DNA of 64,000 bases from Klebsormidium nitens (taxonomy: Eukaryota; Plantae; Klebsormidiophyceae): the NCBI GenBank assembly GCA_000708835.1, contig DF237313.1, forward strand, positions 1 to 64,000. Direction: 5' to 3'. Below are positions 1-14,006 of the stretch, in pieces. The position numbers and the translations under genes were made by a program. The notes under the pieces are model-generated. The model had not been told where the DNA came from, searched no databases, and saw only the letters and a list, made by a program, of their open reading frames with translations. Numbering within the stretch: the stretch's first letter is position 1; the number at the start of each line of letters is the position of its first letter.

Positions 1-620
1 GGGTTTCGAACAAATCGTTCGTATTCTCGCAGCGCCGTTCGAAGAAAAGGTTCGAATTACTGGAAGCCCCGGGCACACACTAAAACTAAAAGGACTTGCT
101 CGGTTGTCACTCGCAGTGGTGTAACCCTAAAGCGGGAAGGCCCGGTTGCTCTAGGGAAGTGCCCGGTTGTCTCACGGTTGCCCGCGAGACCCTAATGTCA
201 CTGGGAGGGCCCGGTTGCTTCTCGGGTGCCACGGTCCCTAAACTACTAGTCTAGAGGGAAGTGTCCGTGGCACCCGGGAAGTTGCAGCCGCCCGCCACCC
301 CGACAAACCACCCATAGGGGTACCGTCCTTTATGTACCGCGATTCTGGCGGTCCACAGCGACCGATGTTGTGGGTCGCGATGTTCCATCAGATCGACGGC
401 GGAGATACACCCGGAACGATCCACAGATCGCGCAAAAGACCCGGTACCAAATTCGAGTGTTTTGTTCGTATTTCGCGGTTTCGAACAAATTCTTCGAAAC
501 AGCATCGGCAAATTCGAAGGATTCGTTCGAAATGAATGTTCCGTAATCCGAGCGATTTACTCGAAAACTGCCGGTGGTAATTCGAGTGGTTTTCTCGAAT
601 CGGACCGTCGGCGTGAGTCT
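1..620. repeat. TTCGAA-rich imperfect foldback region, possibly a decayed MITE or transposon end, truncated by the window start
   Basis: The reverse complement of 1-60 aligns loosely with ~447-510. There is a 16/17 nt inverted repeat, CTTCTCGGGTGCCACGG (~218-234) versus CCGTGGCACCCGGGAAG (~265-281), plus repeated CCCGGTTG motifs and many TTCGA(A) words. No credible ORF. Confidence 0.35.
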
Positions 621-941
621 GGGTTGGCATTGAAAGAGAAGGGGATCTGATTCTCAGAATGGAAAGGGAGGACAAACTTAAAGTTCGTGAATGCGCACGA
701 CAGGGGGGACATTTGACAAACGCTTGTGCCCAACATTAGCTGTCACTTGTGGAGCATTTCTAATTGTCAGCTCCTCTGTGGTGATCGAGCTTGAGCACAG
801 CTTCCCTTACATGCAAGTGCCATCTGCTTTTAGTGATAACCAAATTCTATCGCAGAAAGTGCAGCTTTCAGTAATAGCTGCCCCGCTTGCAACAAAGTTG
901 AAGCCAGACCATCACATCAAGGTCCTGAGCTTCCATAGAAC

Positions 942-2434
942 ATGATATCGTGGGATATCCTGCTGTGGCTGGCAGGATTTGTGGTTGTCGCAGGTCTTCT
1001 TGGCATTGTGATGTACACGGTGAGTGCAGTGTTGATCAAACGTGGCTCTTTCAGCTGGAGACAGTTGCGAGCATGTTCTTTGAATGTCTCTAGCCAATGA
1101 TTTGTACCTCTTCTTCTTGAAAGATACTCTATTTGCTAAGTCTACGTTGTCATACATTTATTCACCATTCCATCACTTGCTGCAACTCCAAAAGTGCGCT
1201 CATTATTTTCCAGACTTTTCACTCTGGAATAAAATCCTGCTGGTGGTGGTACAAAGTAGCACAGAGAAGGCATCAATTTCTCAGTCATGGAATGCAGAAA
1301 AGCATGTGACTTGTTCAACCAGTGGGCACACCACCATTCCAAATAGAAATCATTCACCATTCAACCACTAATGGAGAAGATATTTTAAGCAACGCCATCC
1401 GTACTCCCTTGCTGGGCGTTATTCTCTGTTTCTCTTGCACAAATTTGATGAGACTGTGCTTTAAACTGCAGCTGATCTGCCTTTCCGACCTCGAAAACGA
1501 CTTCATTAACCCCCACGACTCTGCTGCGCGCATCAACAAGTTTGTCATCCCAGAGTTTGCGGGCCACGCAGGACTCACCGTTCTCTTGCTGCTCACTGGA
1601 CACTGGGTTATGTTCCTCTTCAACCTGCCACTCATGGTGTATCACGCCCGGCAGTAAGTCCAAAAAGCCTGCTTTGTTCCAGCCTTTTAGAACGAGTTTC
1701 TGCCTCTGACGCAATCCGATGGCCATGGCACCCTTTTGTGTAACATTGACCAGATACAACCTTGTTTCATGGTTTTCACCAATGAGTCAGGGGGCTAGCT
1801 TGAGGCCTGTTCGCATGGCCTCAATGTGAGCCCTGAGATCGTCTCAAGCCGACTCCCCTTGATCTTCAGTCTGCCGACATCTTATTATCAAAAGAAGCTC
1901 GTCCGTCAAATCTGTTTCAGTTGATATCTGTGTCCAATAGATCGAGAGACTTTCCTTCTCTGGCGAATCAGCATGGTTTGAAACGCCTCCCATTGTTTGT
2001 TTCAGATATTCTAGAAACTCCCACCTCATGGACGTCACGGAGATCTTCAAAGATCTGGAGGCAGAAAAGCGACTCCGGCTTATAAAACTGGGCTTCTACT
2101 TGAGCCTGTTCATCGTAGTCATCTTCAGGTAAGCCTTCTATGGCAGAAATGATATTCTCAGATCAAGGCAAGTCTGGTGCTCCTAGTGTCCCGTCCGAGA
2201 ACTCTTCCTCTGCTTTCAAGTTTGCCTGGCACATCGTGGAGAAAAAGTCGTTGGAAAGATTGAAAAAGTCGCTGGAAAGGTTGAAGATAGTGAACTACGA
2301 TTTGTCAGGACGTGAATTGCTCAATTCTTCCTATCTCTGGTCTGCTCAGGTTGGTTGAGACGGGAGTCGGCCTGCTCATGGAAGAGCATGGGGACACCAT
2401 AGAAACGAAAGTTTTTGGAAACATGGCTGAGTAA
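942..2434 (+). CDS. CNIH: Cornichon family protein (ER cargo receptor), 4 exons: 942-1019, 1472-1653, 2006-2128, 2350-2434
   Basis: The spliced product MISWDILLWLAGFVVVAGLLGIVMYT-LICLSDLENDFINPHDSAARIN...HLMDVTEIFKDL...RLIKLGFYL has the cornichon LSDLExDxINP signature. All junctions are GT-AG and in frame. Confidence 0.93.
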
Positions 2435-3434
2435 AAGGCAACGGTCTCATGCGAAGCAACTCTCTTGCAGCCTGGTGGGGCACTCCTGACTGATACTCTC
2501 TGAGATGGAAATCCAGTGAGCTTTCAAGAAGTACCCACTCATGCATGCTTCTTACATGATAAGCCGACATCCACCAACATCCAAAGCATCCAAGCTAGCT
2601 CAGGCGCGCTGCCGGCCTGGCTGCATATTTGATCGTGCTGCGAGCTCGATGAGGTGTTTGTTGCGATTGTACATCCTATGCTCGACATGCGAGCCTGACA
2701 GATAATCTAAAATTCTGTTTTTACTTCACGTCCCTTTCATGGAAATTGATAGCACATACGTGCATAATAGAATATGTATCTGATCGACGTGGTGCCACTG
2801 GAGTATGCAATGACATGCTCATTATGGCAATGATGCAGCCGCATGGCCAGCCGCCGCTGGCATGCACCAGTATACAGAATTGGTGCATGCAAGCATGCTC
2901 TTAAATGTCAATTATGTTTTAGTCATGTCACAAGAGGAGATTACCTGGAGTAGGCAGGATGGGGCGCATTGAGCGCATGCGCAAGTACGAACCTTCAACT
3001 CAGACGGCAAGAATCATGCAATATACCGGCCCTATAGCCGATCGTGGCTGACTTACTCGGTCATGGAAGTAGGCCTAAGTCTGCATGTATGCACTTGCAA
3101 TGGCGGACAGACATGCAAGATTCGATACACAGATAGAATCCCAGATCCTGCTGGAATTCCATCTTACACTTATCGTGTCATGGTCGGCCAACATCCCTAT
3201 CAAACAAACCTACTTACTGCTTAATTCTTCACGTTCGCGATGTACATAGTGTTTATGTGATGCTTTGAACTAGATCCTGCTCTGACTGTACATAGTTGCA
3301 ATTTGAAAAGCCACCTTTACAACAATTTCTAGGTTACGTAGCAACCTTGGGATGCACGTTGAGAAAACGACTCTCGACATTCCTACGCTTTATAGCCACA
3401 CCTACAGCTGCAGGAGGAGGCATCGCCGCAGGGG

Positions 3435-5339
3435 TTACAAGCTATGGTACAGAGCTCCCGTGAAAATGACAGCCATCGACGCGGCCAGAATTGTAACGAT
3501 CCCTGCAGGCGCAATCTCCTTTCTGACAACGAACCGTTCCCCTGCACCATGCAAGAGAAGAATCTGATTCAACATCCAAGCATTCGATTCTTCATCTTGC
3601 CCCCCAAAATCCAGTATAGGCACACAATCCTCACATTGTTTGTAGAAACAAGCAAATGCAGCTCCATATCCTTGACAAGAACAAGAAACTTGCAAATTTG
3701 TGCGTAGGACACAGAGGCAATAATTGCGTGCTCCCCCGCATCACTTGCGGCAAGAGGGAATCTGCCCCTCAGATGCTAGACTTACCAGTCCAGACCATCA
3801 CTGCTGTAGAGGCGCCTAGCCCGAGGATGAAGGCATCAATTCCTGTCTGACTGCAAGGCACATGTAAAAGCGCAATTTTAGACGGTAACAAATCAAGCCA
3901 AGCCAACGTCTTGCAAAGCAACCCTCAACGTAAAGCTTTGAACTTTCTATAGAATGCGCCATTGGCACTTCAAGTAATCTGTGCAACCACTTACCACACA
4001 TTCACATTATTCAGGTCAAAGCATGTGGCAACTCAAAAGACGTGTCAAGTGTCCTCCTCCTATGGAGCTTGAATCCTGGCACTCCGTGCTTCACTTTTCC
4101 GCTCTCCTAAATAAAGAAGAAGCATTTCTGACCTTTGACCGACTGGAAAGTTGCCTTGACACATGATGACAGTATTCAAGTGATGAGGAAAAGCAGCAAT
4201 GAAGTTACAACACAATGTCAAAACCCACGTCCAAGCGGACTTTACTACGACAAAGAGCCTTAAGAAGTCAACATGTCTGTCACAATCCAGAGGGCAGAAT
4301 GTTTGATCGCCAAAGGCAGTCCACAGGGCCATGGTCAGAGCGCTGCCAGAAGCCCAATTCCAGTGCATTGCTTCAGAAGCGTCCTCCACATTGAGCATTC
4401 GCTTCCAAAAGTAATAGGACACTCCGAAACTCTCAAACAATGAAAATCGTGGAAGGAGGAGCAAGAAAGATACACAATGTCTTTTAGGGTTGCAAATTCG
4501 ACTTACTTGTTTACCCTGAATGCCGCCAACGCTAATAGTCCAAAGAGGCCGGCGCTCGTACGGAGGAAGTCCATGTTCATGCCCTCCTCTTTCAACCCCA
4601 CCGCAACAGCATAGCCAAGGAAAACGGCCGCAAACACAAGGGTCAGGACGGGAAGTAGGTAAATCGCAGTTTGGCCCTCTCCACCCCCCCCACCTCCGCC
4701 GCCGCCGTCTCCTCTCCCCCGTCCATTGTTCTTCCCCCCCCCTGGAGGGCTGCCTCCGAAATTTTCCTTCAGGTCTCTCTTTCGCTGCAAAAGGTCATGT
4801 CGTCCAAACGTGCTTATGATGCCAGCTCCAAGCTGAGAGCTGTACTTCGATTCAAGGCGCGCTCGAAGGCTTAACTCGGCCATGTCACGCTGAGTTACGG
4901 TAGCGGGGAACGGCTGGTCGTCTTCGAGAAAAGCACGAGGTGTCAAAGAGCCCCTTGACCCCGAGGTGGCCTGCAAACACTGCGCCCGGTGTTCCCTAGG
5001 TAAAACAGGCCTGGGAAGATAAGGACCTGGAAGGTGGAGCATATGTCTGCTGAAACAGGAGTTCATCCCCTGGGGCCAGGGATTTTGCACCAGGCTTGCT
5101 GAACAAACCCCGGAGGCAATGTCCAGTGTCAAGCTCAGGCAACCCAATGTACCCTCTCCGAAGCTGGAAATCAAGGAAGCGCAGCGAGGCCACAAAGGCA
5201 CTGTTCTTTGCAAGCCAGGGGGAACAGAAGGGGTGCCAGGCATGTTCTGCTTTCCTAGCAGAGGGCTGTGAGGACTGTGGCACGAGCATTTTGAAAGATA
5301 GGCGGCCCGCCCAGCCGGAACAGCTACAGTTGCGGCCAT
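3435..5339 (-). CDS. TMEM14 / fatty-acid-export (FAX)-like plastid envelope membrane protein with transit-peptide-like N-terminus and Gly-rich linker
   Basis: Exons ~5339-4508 (possibly with an internal intron), ~3850-3786 and ~3544-3435. The C-terminus ILGLGASTAVMVWTGERFVVRKEIAPAGIVTILAASM resembles the TMEM14 'G.RF...K..PAG+V' motif and follows a poly-Gly stretch, as in plastid FAX proteins. Confidence 0.7.
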
Positions 5340-6377
5340 GGAAGTCCCTCCAAGGCCCTCCACCACGTCTTGCTAGGTACTACACGGGAATAAGCGGTCG
5401 CGCCGCAATCCCCCCACAGGTCCTTCTGCTGAGAATACACCAACTTGCGGCCTGACTGGGCAAGGAAGATTCTCGCTGCCCTACTCACTGGTGAGAGAGT
5501 GGACCTCAGGTTTAGGAGTCAGGTGACACAAACAGTGAAAGAGTCCGACAAACAAACCACCCATGCACACGCAGAATCCAGATGGACTTCAACACTGTCA
5601 AGGGAAATCCTAGATTTTGCTGCACAGAAATTTACCGTCATTTGCTGAACCCGGTCCTAAAACCCAACAGATCCAGGCTCAGTGTAAACTTGAGCTGACT
5701 TAGGTTAGGAGCCGTGGTTTGGCAGAGCACGTGTCCAAACCTTCCGGAAGATAATTCCATGCTTTTTCGGGCGAGGAAGGCGCAGAAGCTCTCAAGTCTG
5801 GCAGTGGTAGTGCCAGTGGACTCCTGTTGCTGCCACTTTTGAGAACCGACCGATGAGCTTGATAGGAATAATTAAGGGCTCAGAGTCTATAAGAGATCCT
5901 CACAAGTCGCTAACTTCATAGACTCTTGGGCAATCCTATCGACGCAAGATAAGCATCTACCACGATCTAGCATCGGGGCAGATTGCTTTTAGGAAGGGCA
6001 AGTCACGTGCCACCGTCTGGTCGGAAGCGAGGTTAGTATATGAACTTCCCGCCATCTGCTTTCAATGTCATTGTCAAGAACATTGCATGGCTTCTCTCAT
6101 TCCCTGCAGGAGAAACGCTGGTCCATTCCGACAAGCTTTTTTCCGGTGAGATAATCCAGGTAGCAATCGCCCTACCTCGTAGCAGCGGAGTCTGTTGGGA
6201 ACGTTGCTTTGAGAACTTACGAAGTAGGTCGCTCTTTCTGCTCTTTAGGGAGGTGACGGACGCTTCGAATCCGGCAAGCTATTAGCATTCAGAGCGCGCA
6301 GTGAGTTTGTTTCATACAAACAATAGGCCAACGTGTTCGGAATTTGTTTGGGTTTTGTTTGTGTTTGCGGAAAAAAC

Positions 6378-8528
6378 ATGGATGGACTTGGCCCGCTTGA
6401 GGAGCTAGACGACGAGGAGTTGGTTGATTACGGTTCGGAATGCGAGGGCGATGAGCCTGAAGCTCAGTTGGGGGAGGACGGCGTGGCTATGGAACTGGAG
6501 CCATCCCCTGTTCGTCCGGGAGGTGAAGAAACGGCAGGGTCTTTCACAAGGAACGCTTTTGAAGAAGGGAAGGTCGAGGGGAGTACAGCTCAATTGCAGG
6601 AGGATGACTTGGCAGGGAGCAGTGGAAAGCCAACTGGTACGTGCCACCGTCACTGCCGGCCATGACTTGGGGCCTTGTGCTGAGAATTGCCCAGTCAGCT
6701 AGCTGGCTTGGCATGCTGCAACCTTGTGTCTTGCTTAACGACATCCAATGCTCCTTTGCTTTTGGACAAGGGGATCAGGCTCAGACTCTGTAAAGTCCTC
6801 TCTGTCTATGCACCAACGGCTAACGTAAATGTATGCAGATGACTTACCGGACGAGCTCTTCGGAGGCTTTTCATTGCATCCGGCTGCTCTCTGCGTGTGT
6901 TCGAATGACACCAAGCTGACCCCCAGCTTTTACTTCATTTGCCCAGTTGATCTTAGGGAGGTGATTGAACATGCAAAGAAGTATCCCAAGCAGAGAGGCG
7001 CCGGTCCTCAGGACTTGGATCAGATGGTTGAGGAAGCCAGGGGCGGCAAAGCGGAGAACAAGGGGCGCAAGCGGCAGAGGGCTGAAAAGCTGGATCCTGC
7101 AATGTGAGGCTCACCTTCTTTGAAGCCGAGCTTGAATGTACCAGGCCCTAGTGTGCTAAATTTCTTTGAATCCTTTGCGCCCTGATTTAGATCGATTCTG
7201 CTCCTATCAACTTGTCGCTACGCTGTCATATTGGAAGCCTGCGCCCCTGTTATCGGCCCAAACGTCTGCTTTTCAGGCTGAACCGCCCTCGTTTGTTCCG
7301 GCAGAAAAAGACAAGGGATATGGATAAACTAAAGACTGCTTTTTTCACAGGTTCATAAAGGCTGCCAGTACGCGGCTGCAAGAGCCCAAGCTGGGTCTGC
7401 TTTGGCGGGCCCTCAAAATCCTAGGAGTGGAACCCATGCAACAGCTGATGGTCGAGGTGAGAAGTAAACAGGGACATTCGTCGCTTCCGCTTCTACTTTC
7501 CAAGCTAGCCTTCATGTTGGACTTACAGTGCACGTTCGTAACTTTAGCAACGTCTTTGCAGAAGTCACAGAGCAGCGACTATCTCAGTGCAATCGCATGC
7601 TTCTCGTCGTTGCTTGGTTTGCCGGCCCAAAACCCAGCAATCGCTATTTGTAATTCCCACCTGGATTTGGCTGGAACCTCCTGCCGCTGATTGGGCCGTC
7701 TGGCTCCATTGCAGATGAAACGCCCACCTCGATTATGCAGGTTTCTTTGTGAGCGCGCCCTCGAAAGCAGAGTACTCATGGGGCATGTCAACCGACGTCC
7801 TTTGCAGGTTGAGGCGATTGAGAGGGCTGGGGGCCAGCTCATCGCGGACGGGTCGAGGAGGCGGTCGCCAGGTGGCGTCTTCTGGAACGTGGTCAAGCAG
7901 AGGGTTAAGCCGGAGGTGTACACTAGTATCTTCGCGGAAGAGCAGGCCAAAAGCGTAAGGCTCCTCTGGGCATAATCCTCATTAAATTCACATTGCGATT
8001 TAGCCTCTGCACAGTGGCTTGGGCAACGGGCGTTGTAGACGGTGCAAGCTCAGGCCCTCTGACTCTGTAGGCACTGGAGAGTAAAAAACTTAGCTTTCCG
8101 ATCATTTTAGAGCCACATTGATGATGCATCCCTAAGAATGATCATTGGGCCTCGTCCTTGACGACTGAGCATCGATACTCGATCAATCGCAGCCTGCTAA
8201 AACCCTGCTTTGTTTTCGAGTGAAGTTCGATCGGTCCTAAGAGAGAGTGGTCTGATTGAGGGTTCTATCAATCGTTCAGCTAAATCTACCGGATCGGAGG
8301 TACTTGCTGTAGCTCTTCATATTACAATCAACCTCTGCAGAGTACTAACTTGCGATTCTTCAATTGCAGAAACAACGGAAAAGGGGAAAGCCGAGCAAAA
8401 AGCGGAAGAAGCAGGAAGCCGGGGCTGTTCTTCTCGAAGGTATTGTCGACCAGCCTGAAGCTCCTCTTGTTGACTTCAAAAGTCTAGTTACCCCGGACCT
8501 GGGAGGTTTGGAAGAAGCGGAGAATTAA
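6378..8528 (+). CDS. PHAX: PHAX RNA-binding domain protein (snRNA export adaptor), exons 6378-6636, 6947-7103, 7351-7456, 7808-7954, 8370-8528
   Basis: Contains EPKLGLLWRALKILG and VEAIERAGGQLIADGSRRRSPGGVFWNVVKQ (PHAX G..RRRxPGGVF motif) after an acidic N-terminus. All exon phases are consistent with GT-AG. Confidence 0.85.
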
Positions 8529-9119
8529 TGACAAACACACATTCGGCATTCGCGCTTTGGAGGGGCAAACGGAACTTATGGTGTGCCACACAGACTGAAC
8601 GAGTGTAGCAAGGATGCAGCCAGTGCAATATGGGCAAATGCAGGCTATCGCATGATGTTTGTATGCCACATTTGTATGCCACATTAACTCTGCATGCTGT
8701 CCTGAAATTCGTCGGCAGGCTGCATGTTCTTGATATCGATGACTGAAACGGCATTAAGACGCGGTGAGCGTCAGTGGCAGGGAGACGCGTCATGTGCCTT
8801 GGTTACTTACATCTCCATGTTGCCAGCGCAACCGTGGCGGGGATCGACCTGAATGTAAGATGGCCGACTATAGCTACACATCTCTTGCCAAGTTGCGCAC
8901 AGAGATTATGGCATGTATATCACGCGTGTGAGCTGAGGCACTACGACGGCCAGGCTATAGCTTGCCTTAGCCAATATAGTCAATTGCATGCTGCACAGAC
9001 CGTGCGATGAAACATGCACGCCCATCCGGGGGCGCATCCGGAGGTCCGCAATAGAAGTGCAGCTTACAGTCAAATGCAAGGCATGGATATAATCGTGAGC
9101 CAGCAGCGCGTTTAGGAAC

Positions 9120-12100
9120 TCAAGATCGCAAGAGGAGCTGGTCACTCCCCTTGGCTGTTTGCAATTGCTTCAACCCAACCAACGAATCCAAATCTCCACC
9201 CTTTGGACTACTCTCCAACCCCTTCCTGTTCTTCCGACCCTTCGCTCCCGCCTGGTACTTAGCAAACGCTTTCAGATCAACCTCGCCCGCCGTGAGAGCC
9301 GCATGCCTCGCCTCCGGCGAAACGTGATCCGAACCCCCTTCATCAATCGCCTCCAGAATCACTCCCGAGCCCGCGCAATACCCATCTGCGTACATCGCCA
9401 CGTACTGACCCGCGGCCAGCCCCTGATCGTCCTCCGCCAGCGTTATAAGCACTCGGTCCCGCACAGCTCCTATCTGTGCCGGTTCGTCCGCTCCAGCGTT
9501 GACACCTGTCCCTGACGTCCCCGGATTTTCTGCATCTTCCCACCGCAAAGTGCACCGATGAAAGCGGGGCCCGTGCCGAACCTTACACAGCAGCTCTCGC
9601 TGGTCGAGGTCAGCGCGGGGTAGCCCTCCCACCCAACTGAAACCCCCTGCGCGGAAGCTTCGCCTCGCCTTGTCCTCGGAGTAGTAGTGCCTTGAGACGA
9701 AGACAACGTTCGTAATCGGGTCCTTTGACACGACGTACCTGTGGTAACAATGGAAGACGAGATTGAATCTTCTTGGCTGTCAGTCAAGGAAATTTTTTGG
9801 GACGATCATAAACAAGACTGGGGCGACAGAAGTGTTCGGAGTGTTTATCATCGTTCAGATCGTTCAGAACCTGTCTGCACAGCGGTCGGACCCTTTCAAA
9901 CGATCCGATTACCTGCTTCACCGGCTCCGCCTTTTCGTAAGTGCAAGCTGCAATCTCTGTTTCAAGCAAGACGCGTGTCTCTGGCCTGAGCGAGAGGAAC
10001 CGCTCAGATTGCGGCTGGCACTTCCGCTGTGAAAGTACTCTCGACTTCAATCAAAAGGAGAACCGCAACACCTCAGTCTACAGTCAGTGACAAGGAGCTC
10101 AAACAACTCTGCAAACGTCATTAAGGACGTTAGCAAAAGCATCGCATGCAACATCCCGCAAGACCGTAAGTAGTCCCCCCAATCACTCCCCAGGCTAGTC
10201 TAAATTTTCTAGAATCCGTTTCGTAGAAGAGTCGAGGCGCCTCTTAGGTCTACAAGGTCTACGAGCCAAACCTATTAAGATCCTACCGCTGCGTAAGGAT
10301 GGTTACTCTCGACAGACGTCGACTTGGGCGGTATACCCAAGCATTGCACTTCATTGCTAAGCCTGCAGCCCACAAATCAACCCCAACACTCTATGAGGGA
10401 CACAGCTTTTTTCTTCAGGGGTGACGGCCAGGTCTCACCAAAGTGCGATCCATAGAATGCGATCCATAGAGTGCGATCCGAGTAGTGCGCCCTTACCAGG
10501 GCCCTCCCGACAGGTGGATGCCTTGCCGCTGGCCGATGGTGTAGAACCAGAAGCCGCGGTGCGTCCCGAGCTTGTCCCCGGACTCCGCCTCCAACAGCCA
10601 CCCGTGCCGCTCGCCCAAGTGCTGTGCAATGAACTCGCTGAATTTCACCTGAGGGGGAGATTTGGTACATGCTCTTAGCGTGGGTTATTAACGAATCCGA
10701 CTGCGAAGTCCCTGTGCATGGGCTGGTCTAACCAGGGATCTGGGTCGAGGTGAAATCCAAAATTCATGTAGAGAACAGGGGCCGGAGAATAGCTGTGTGG
10801 GTGTGCGAGCAGATACGGATACGTATCACGTCTGTGGTTGGCTACCGCTCAAGTTCGAAGATGCTAGACAAAACTTCCTCTTCGCCACCAGGGGTTGACC
10901 ACCTTTGACAGACTGCTTTCGAATGCAGCGGCATCTTTTTCTGTTGTATCATCCCAAACAAAGAGCTCTTGCTCAAGGCAAGACAACAAACTTTTGCTTA
11001 AGGCTTCAGCAGATGGTGCTTTCTGTTCTGCTGATGACTGGAAGGCAGACTGTTTCCAATTAGAAGAAGACGCCATCGAAAAAACTTTGCGAGCGCACCT
11101 TTCCTAAAAAGCAGATCCCCTGGCTGTCCTTGCGGGCCCTGTTGGGCAGCTCGAGGGCTTCGGCGACCTGGCGGACCTCAGCCTTGGGCAGGTTCCCCAG
11201 CGGAAACAGGGCCCTCCGCAGCTGGGCCTGGCTGAGGTGCGAGAGGAAGTACGTCTGGTCCTTCCACTGCAAGAGACCGATATGGCACTCTATCAGACCC
11301 ATTAGCAGAAACAGACTCTGATAAGTTGAGGCAACAGTGGTTCCTTGACGAGCACTTCTGCGGTTGTCAGCGGGATGCGGAAGTCACCGCCAGATGAAGC
11401 CAAACAGACCTCGGGAATGGGCAAAGGGGGCGGCAGCAACATTCCCTTCTGATATCCGTACAGCAGTCTAAGCTGCGGCAATGGAACATTTTGCAACAAG
11501 CAAGCCCTGTAAGAAAAGCCAGATCCGACCTCAGAAAAAACGGACTGGCTTACCTCGTCAGCACAAAGCGCCAACTTCACCTCCCCCTCCCCTCTTTCCA
11601 CACGCGCGTAGTGGCCCGAGGCCACCCGGTCAAACTCCCTGAAATCTATGGAGTCGTAGAACGCCCCAAACTTGACCCTCGAGTTGCAAAGCATGTCCGG
11701 ATTTGGCGTCCGGCCCGCCTGGATTTCGGACACGCAGTGCGAGACCACCCGTGACCAGTATTCGTTCGTCAAGTGAACAACGCGAAGCTCGACGCCTGCC
11801 TGGCGGCACACTGCCTCGGCGTATCCGAGGTCTTCTTCCCAGGGGCATTCGGCCCAGAAGTTGCGGAAGTCTTCCTGCAAACGAGAAGAGGCTTTGATGA
11901 ATAACCAATTTCGCAAATGCCTGTCGGAACAGTGTCGGCGAGAGGTTGGATTTGACATCGACCATCAACCTGATAGCTAGCGGGAGATTTTCTCTGCAGA
12001 ATCATACCCACCCACACTTATCATCAGTACTCTCGCTGTCCACTTCCAAGCAACTGAAACTGGAGGCTTCCGAACAAACCGCTCCTTGGCAATCGCACTT

Positions 12101-12962
12101 GCTGATAAAAATGGAAGCAGGCCGCAGAGCGATGCCCTACCTGAAACCAGATCTTGAGGTAGAATGCCGTGCACTGATGCCCCACCGCTTTCAGCAACCG
12201 CAGCGCCACGCTGCTGTCCACCCCCCCTGACAGCAGCACAGCCACCCTCAACTTCTCCCCCCCCTCCGCGCACTTCAGCAGCTCCGCACGCTCCTGCAGC
12301 CAGCGGGTGCCGTCCGAACCGGGGCTGTCGTCTCGTCCAGAAGTGGATGGTTCCGGCGTGTAAATGACATCGACATCAGCACGACTTGTGGGGGTTGCAG
12401 CGGCGACCTGTGGAGAGCTTTTCTGAAGACTACAAGAGAGAGTTTGTCCATTTCCTGTAGAAGCGGTGGCCCCGGCAAGCTGTTCAGGAAGTGTGGCCGA
12501 TGTGAGGGTGGTGGTACTAAAGGCGCTGCTGGCTGAAAGATCCTTGACTTCAGCCCGCGCTAAAGAAGAGAGACGCAGCTTTGCTACTACAGTGGGTCGC
12601 GGATGAAAAGGCGGGCAGAAAGTGTTTATCAAGGCTCCACTGCAGGCCTGGCCCAACAATCTTGAGCGCGCAACTCCTTGGACTCCTCCAAAGAACGGGG
12701 CGCACTTGTTGAGCGTTTTGGGAATGTTTTCACTTCCTGCCGGCAGCATACCACTGGCAGACAAGCTCCGGATATCGCACAGCTGCCCCCGCCAACATCG
12801 AGATACGTCCATCCTTGAATGGAGCCTATCAAGGAGACCCAGTGCCACTTCCAAGCTTTTCCGGCTTTCCCAGCTCTTTCCACTTTCCCCCAAATTTGGC
12901 TCTATCTGCTCATCCTGCATTGGGCCAGTCTCTGTCAATTTCTTGCTTCCTTCTTTTGACAT
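9120..12962 (-). CDS. mnmA: tRNA-specific 2-thiouridylase MnmA, organelle-targeted; start codon uncertain
   Basis: Motifs [70 protein letters not shown] and [11 protein letters not shown] are spread over GT-AG exons. There is a long N-terminal transit-like extension. Confidence 0.95.
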
Positions 12963-14006
12963 TCCTACTGATTATAATCCCCGCTGCTAACCAAAAGTGC
13001 AAAGTATTGCTCCTGAATATATGCGCAGACACCATGAAAGGGGACTTTAAAATTGGTTGATTCAGGGGCAACTATGCCTGCAGCCATAGCCGCATTCTGC
13101 AAAAGATTATTATTCCAACTGTTACTATTATGTATATATCCACAACACACAACTGTTGGAATATTTAGCTTTTTCCGGGTGGAATGCACACGACCAAACG
13201 GACACTTTTAGCCTCGGGATTCAGAATGAAGCGCCTTGCTTTGCTTTTGAACTTGAACTTGAAGGCGGAGCATTCGTGCCACTATGTCACCTAGCTAAAA
13301 GATCACACACGAGCTCGGTATAAAATGGTAGCGAAGCTCTGTTGCTTTGAGGAAAGGCTCCTCGGATTGAAAGAAAAGGGAGACGCCTGAGCTGACGTCC
13401 TCAATTTGCTGCACCCATCGCTGGGCCGCCGGAGCATGCTTTGACAAGGGATAGGAGTCAACTCCAGCAACGCCTGCATTCCTGCCTTCATATGCTTACA
13501 TATGGGGGAGGCTGGCTTCAAAAGTTGGTGGGAAGAAACCTATTCGCTGCTCGAGTTGTACTGAAAGGAAATTATGTATGCGGACGCGCCGGAGATGATA
13601 TCTGTCTGATCGCTAAGCCTGAGCAAGGTGAGGTGCTTTACAGAAGCTTTGTCTGCCCTGGCTTTGTACTGATTGCCCAATGCACATCTTTCGATCAAGA
13701 CTTGAACTTCTAATGCGAGAAGGAATGCAAAAGGAGCGATCTTATTTTCTGGTGGCAGATACTGGCCCCAGCTCGACAAATAGATTCAATTGGTCCCCAT
13801 CCTGATCAAAGACCTCTCACAGCACACTCTGTTTAGGGGGCTCATTACTTAGCTGCTGCTTGTTTAGACAACTTTTACCCCGTGGTGAACCGGCCTTCCC
13901 TCAGATTTCTCCAATTTGTGTCAATCTTACGCAGTGGGGTTACAAAGCTTCCTCCGAGCAAAGCCATACTGTCCCCCTGCAGAGCAATCCAAGAATATTG
14001 TTTGTC

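Noticed and set aside
2251-2295. 21 bp tandem duplication; similarly the 14 bp x3 repeat at ~10443-10480 and the 21 bp duplication at ~34442-34480
   Set aside because: These are ordinary slippage-type micro-duplications in introns with nothing further to explain.
4060-4464. 134 aa minus-strand ORF inside the FAX-like gene
   Set aside because: The flanking exons join in frame without it to give a coherent TMEM14-like domain, so it is treated as intronic.
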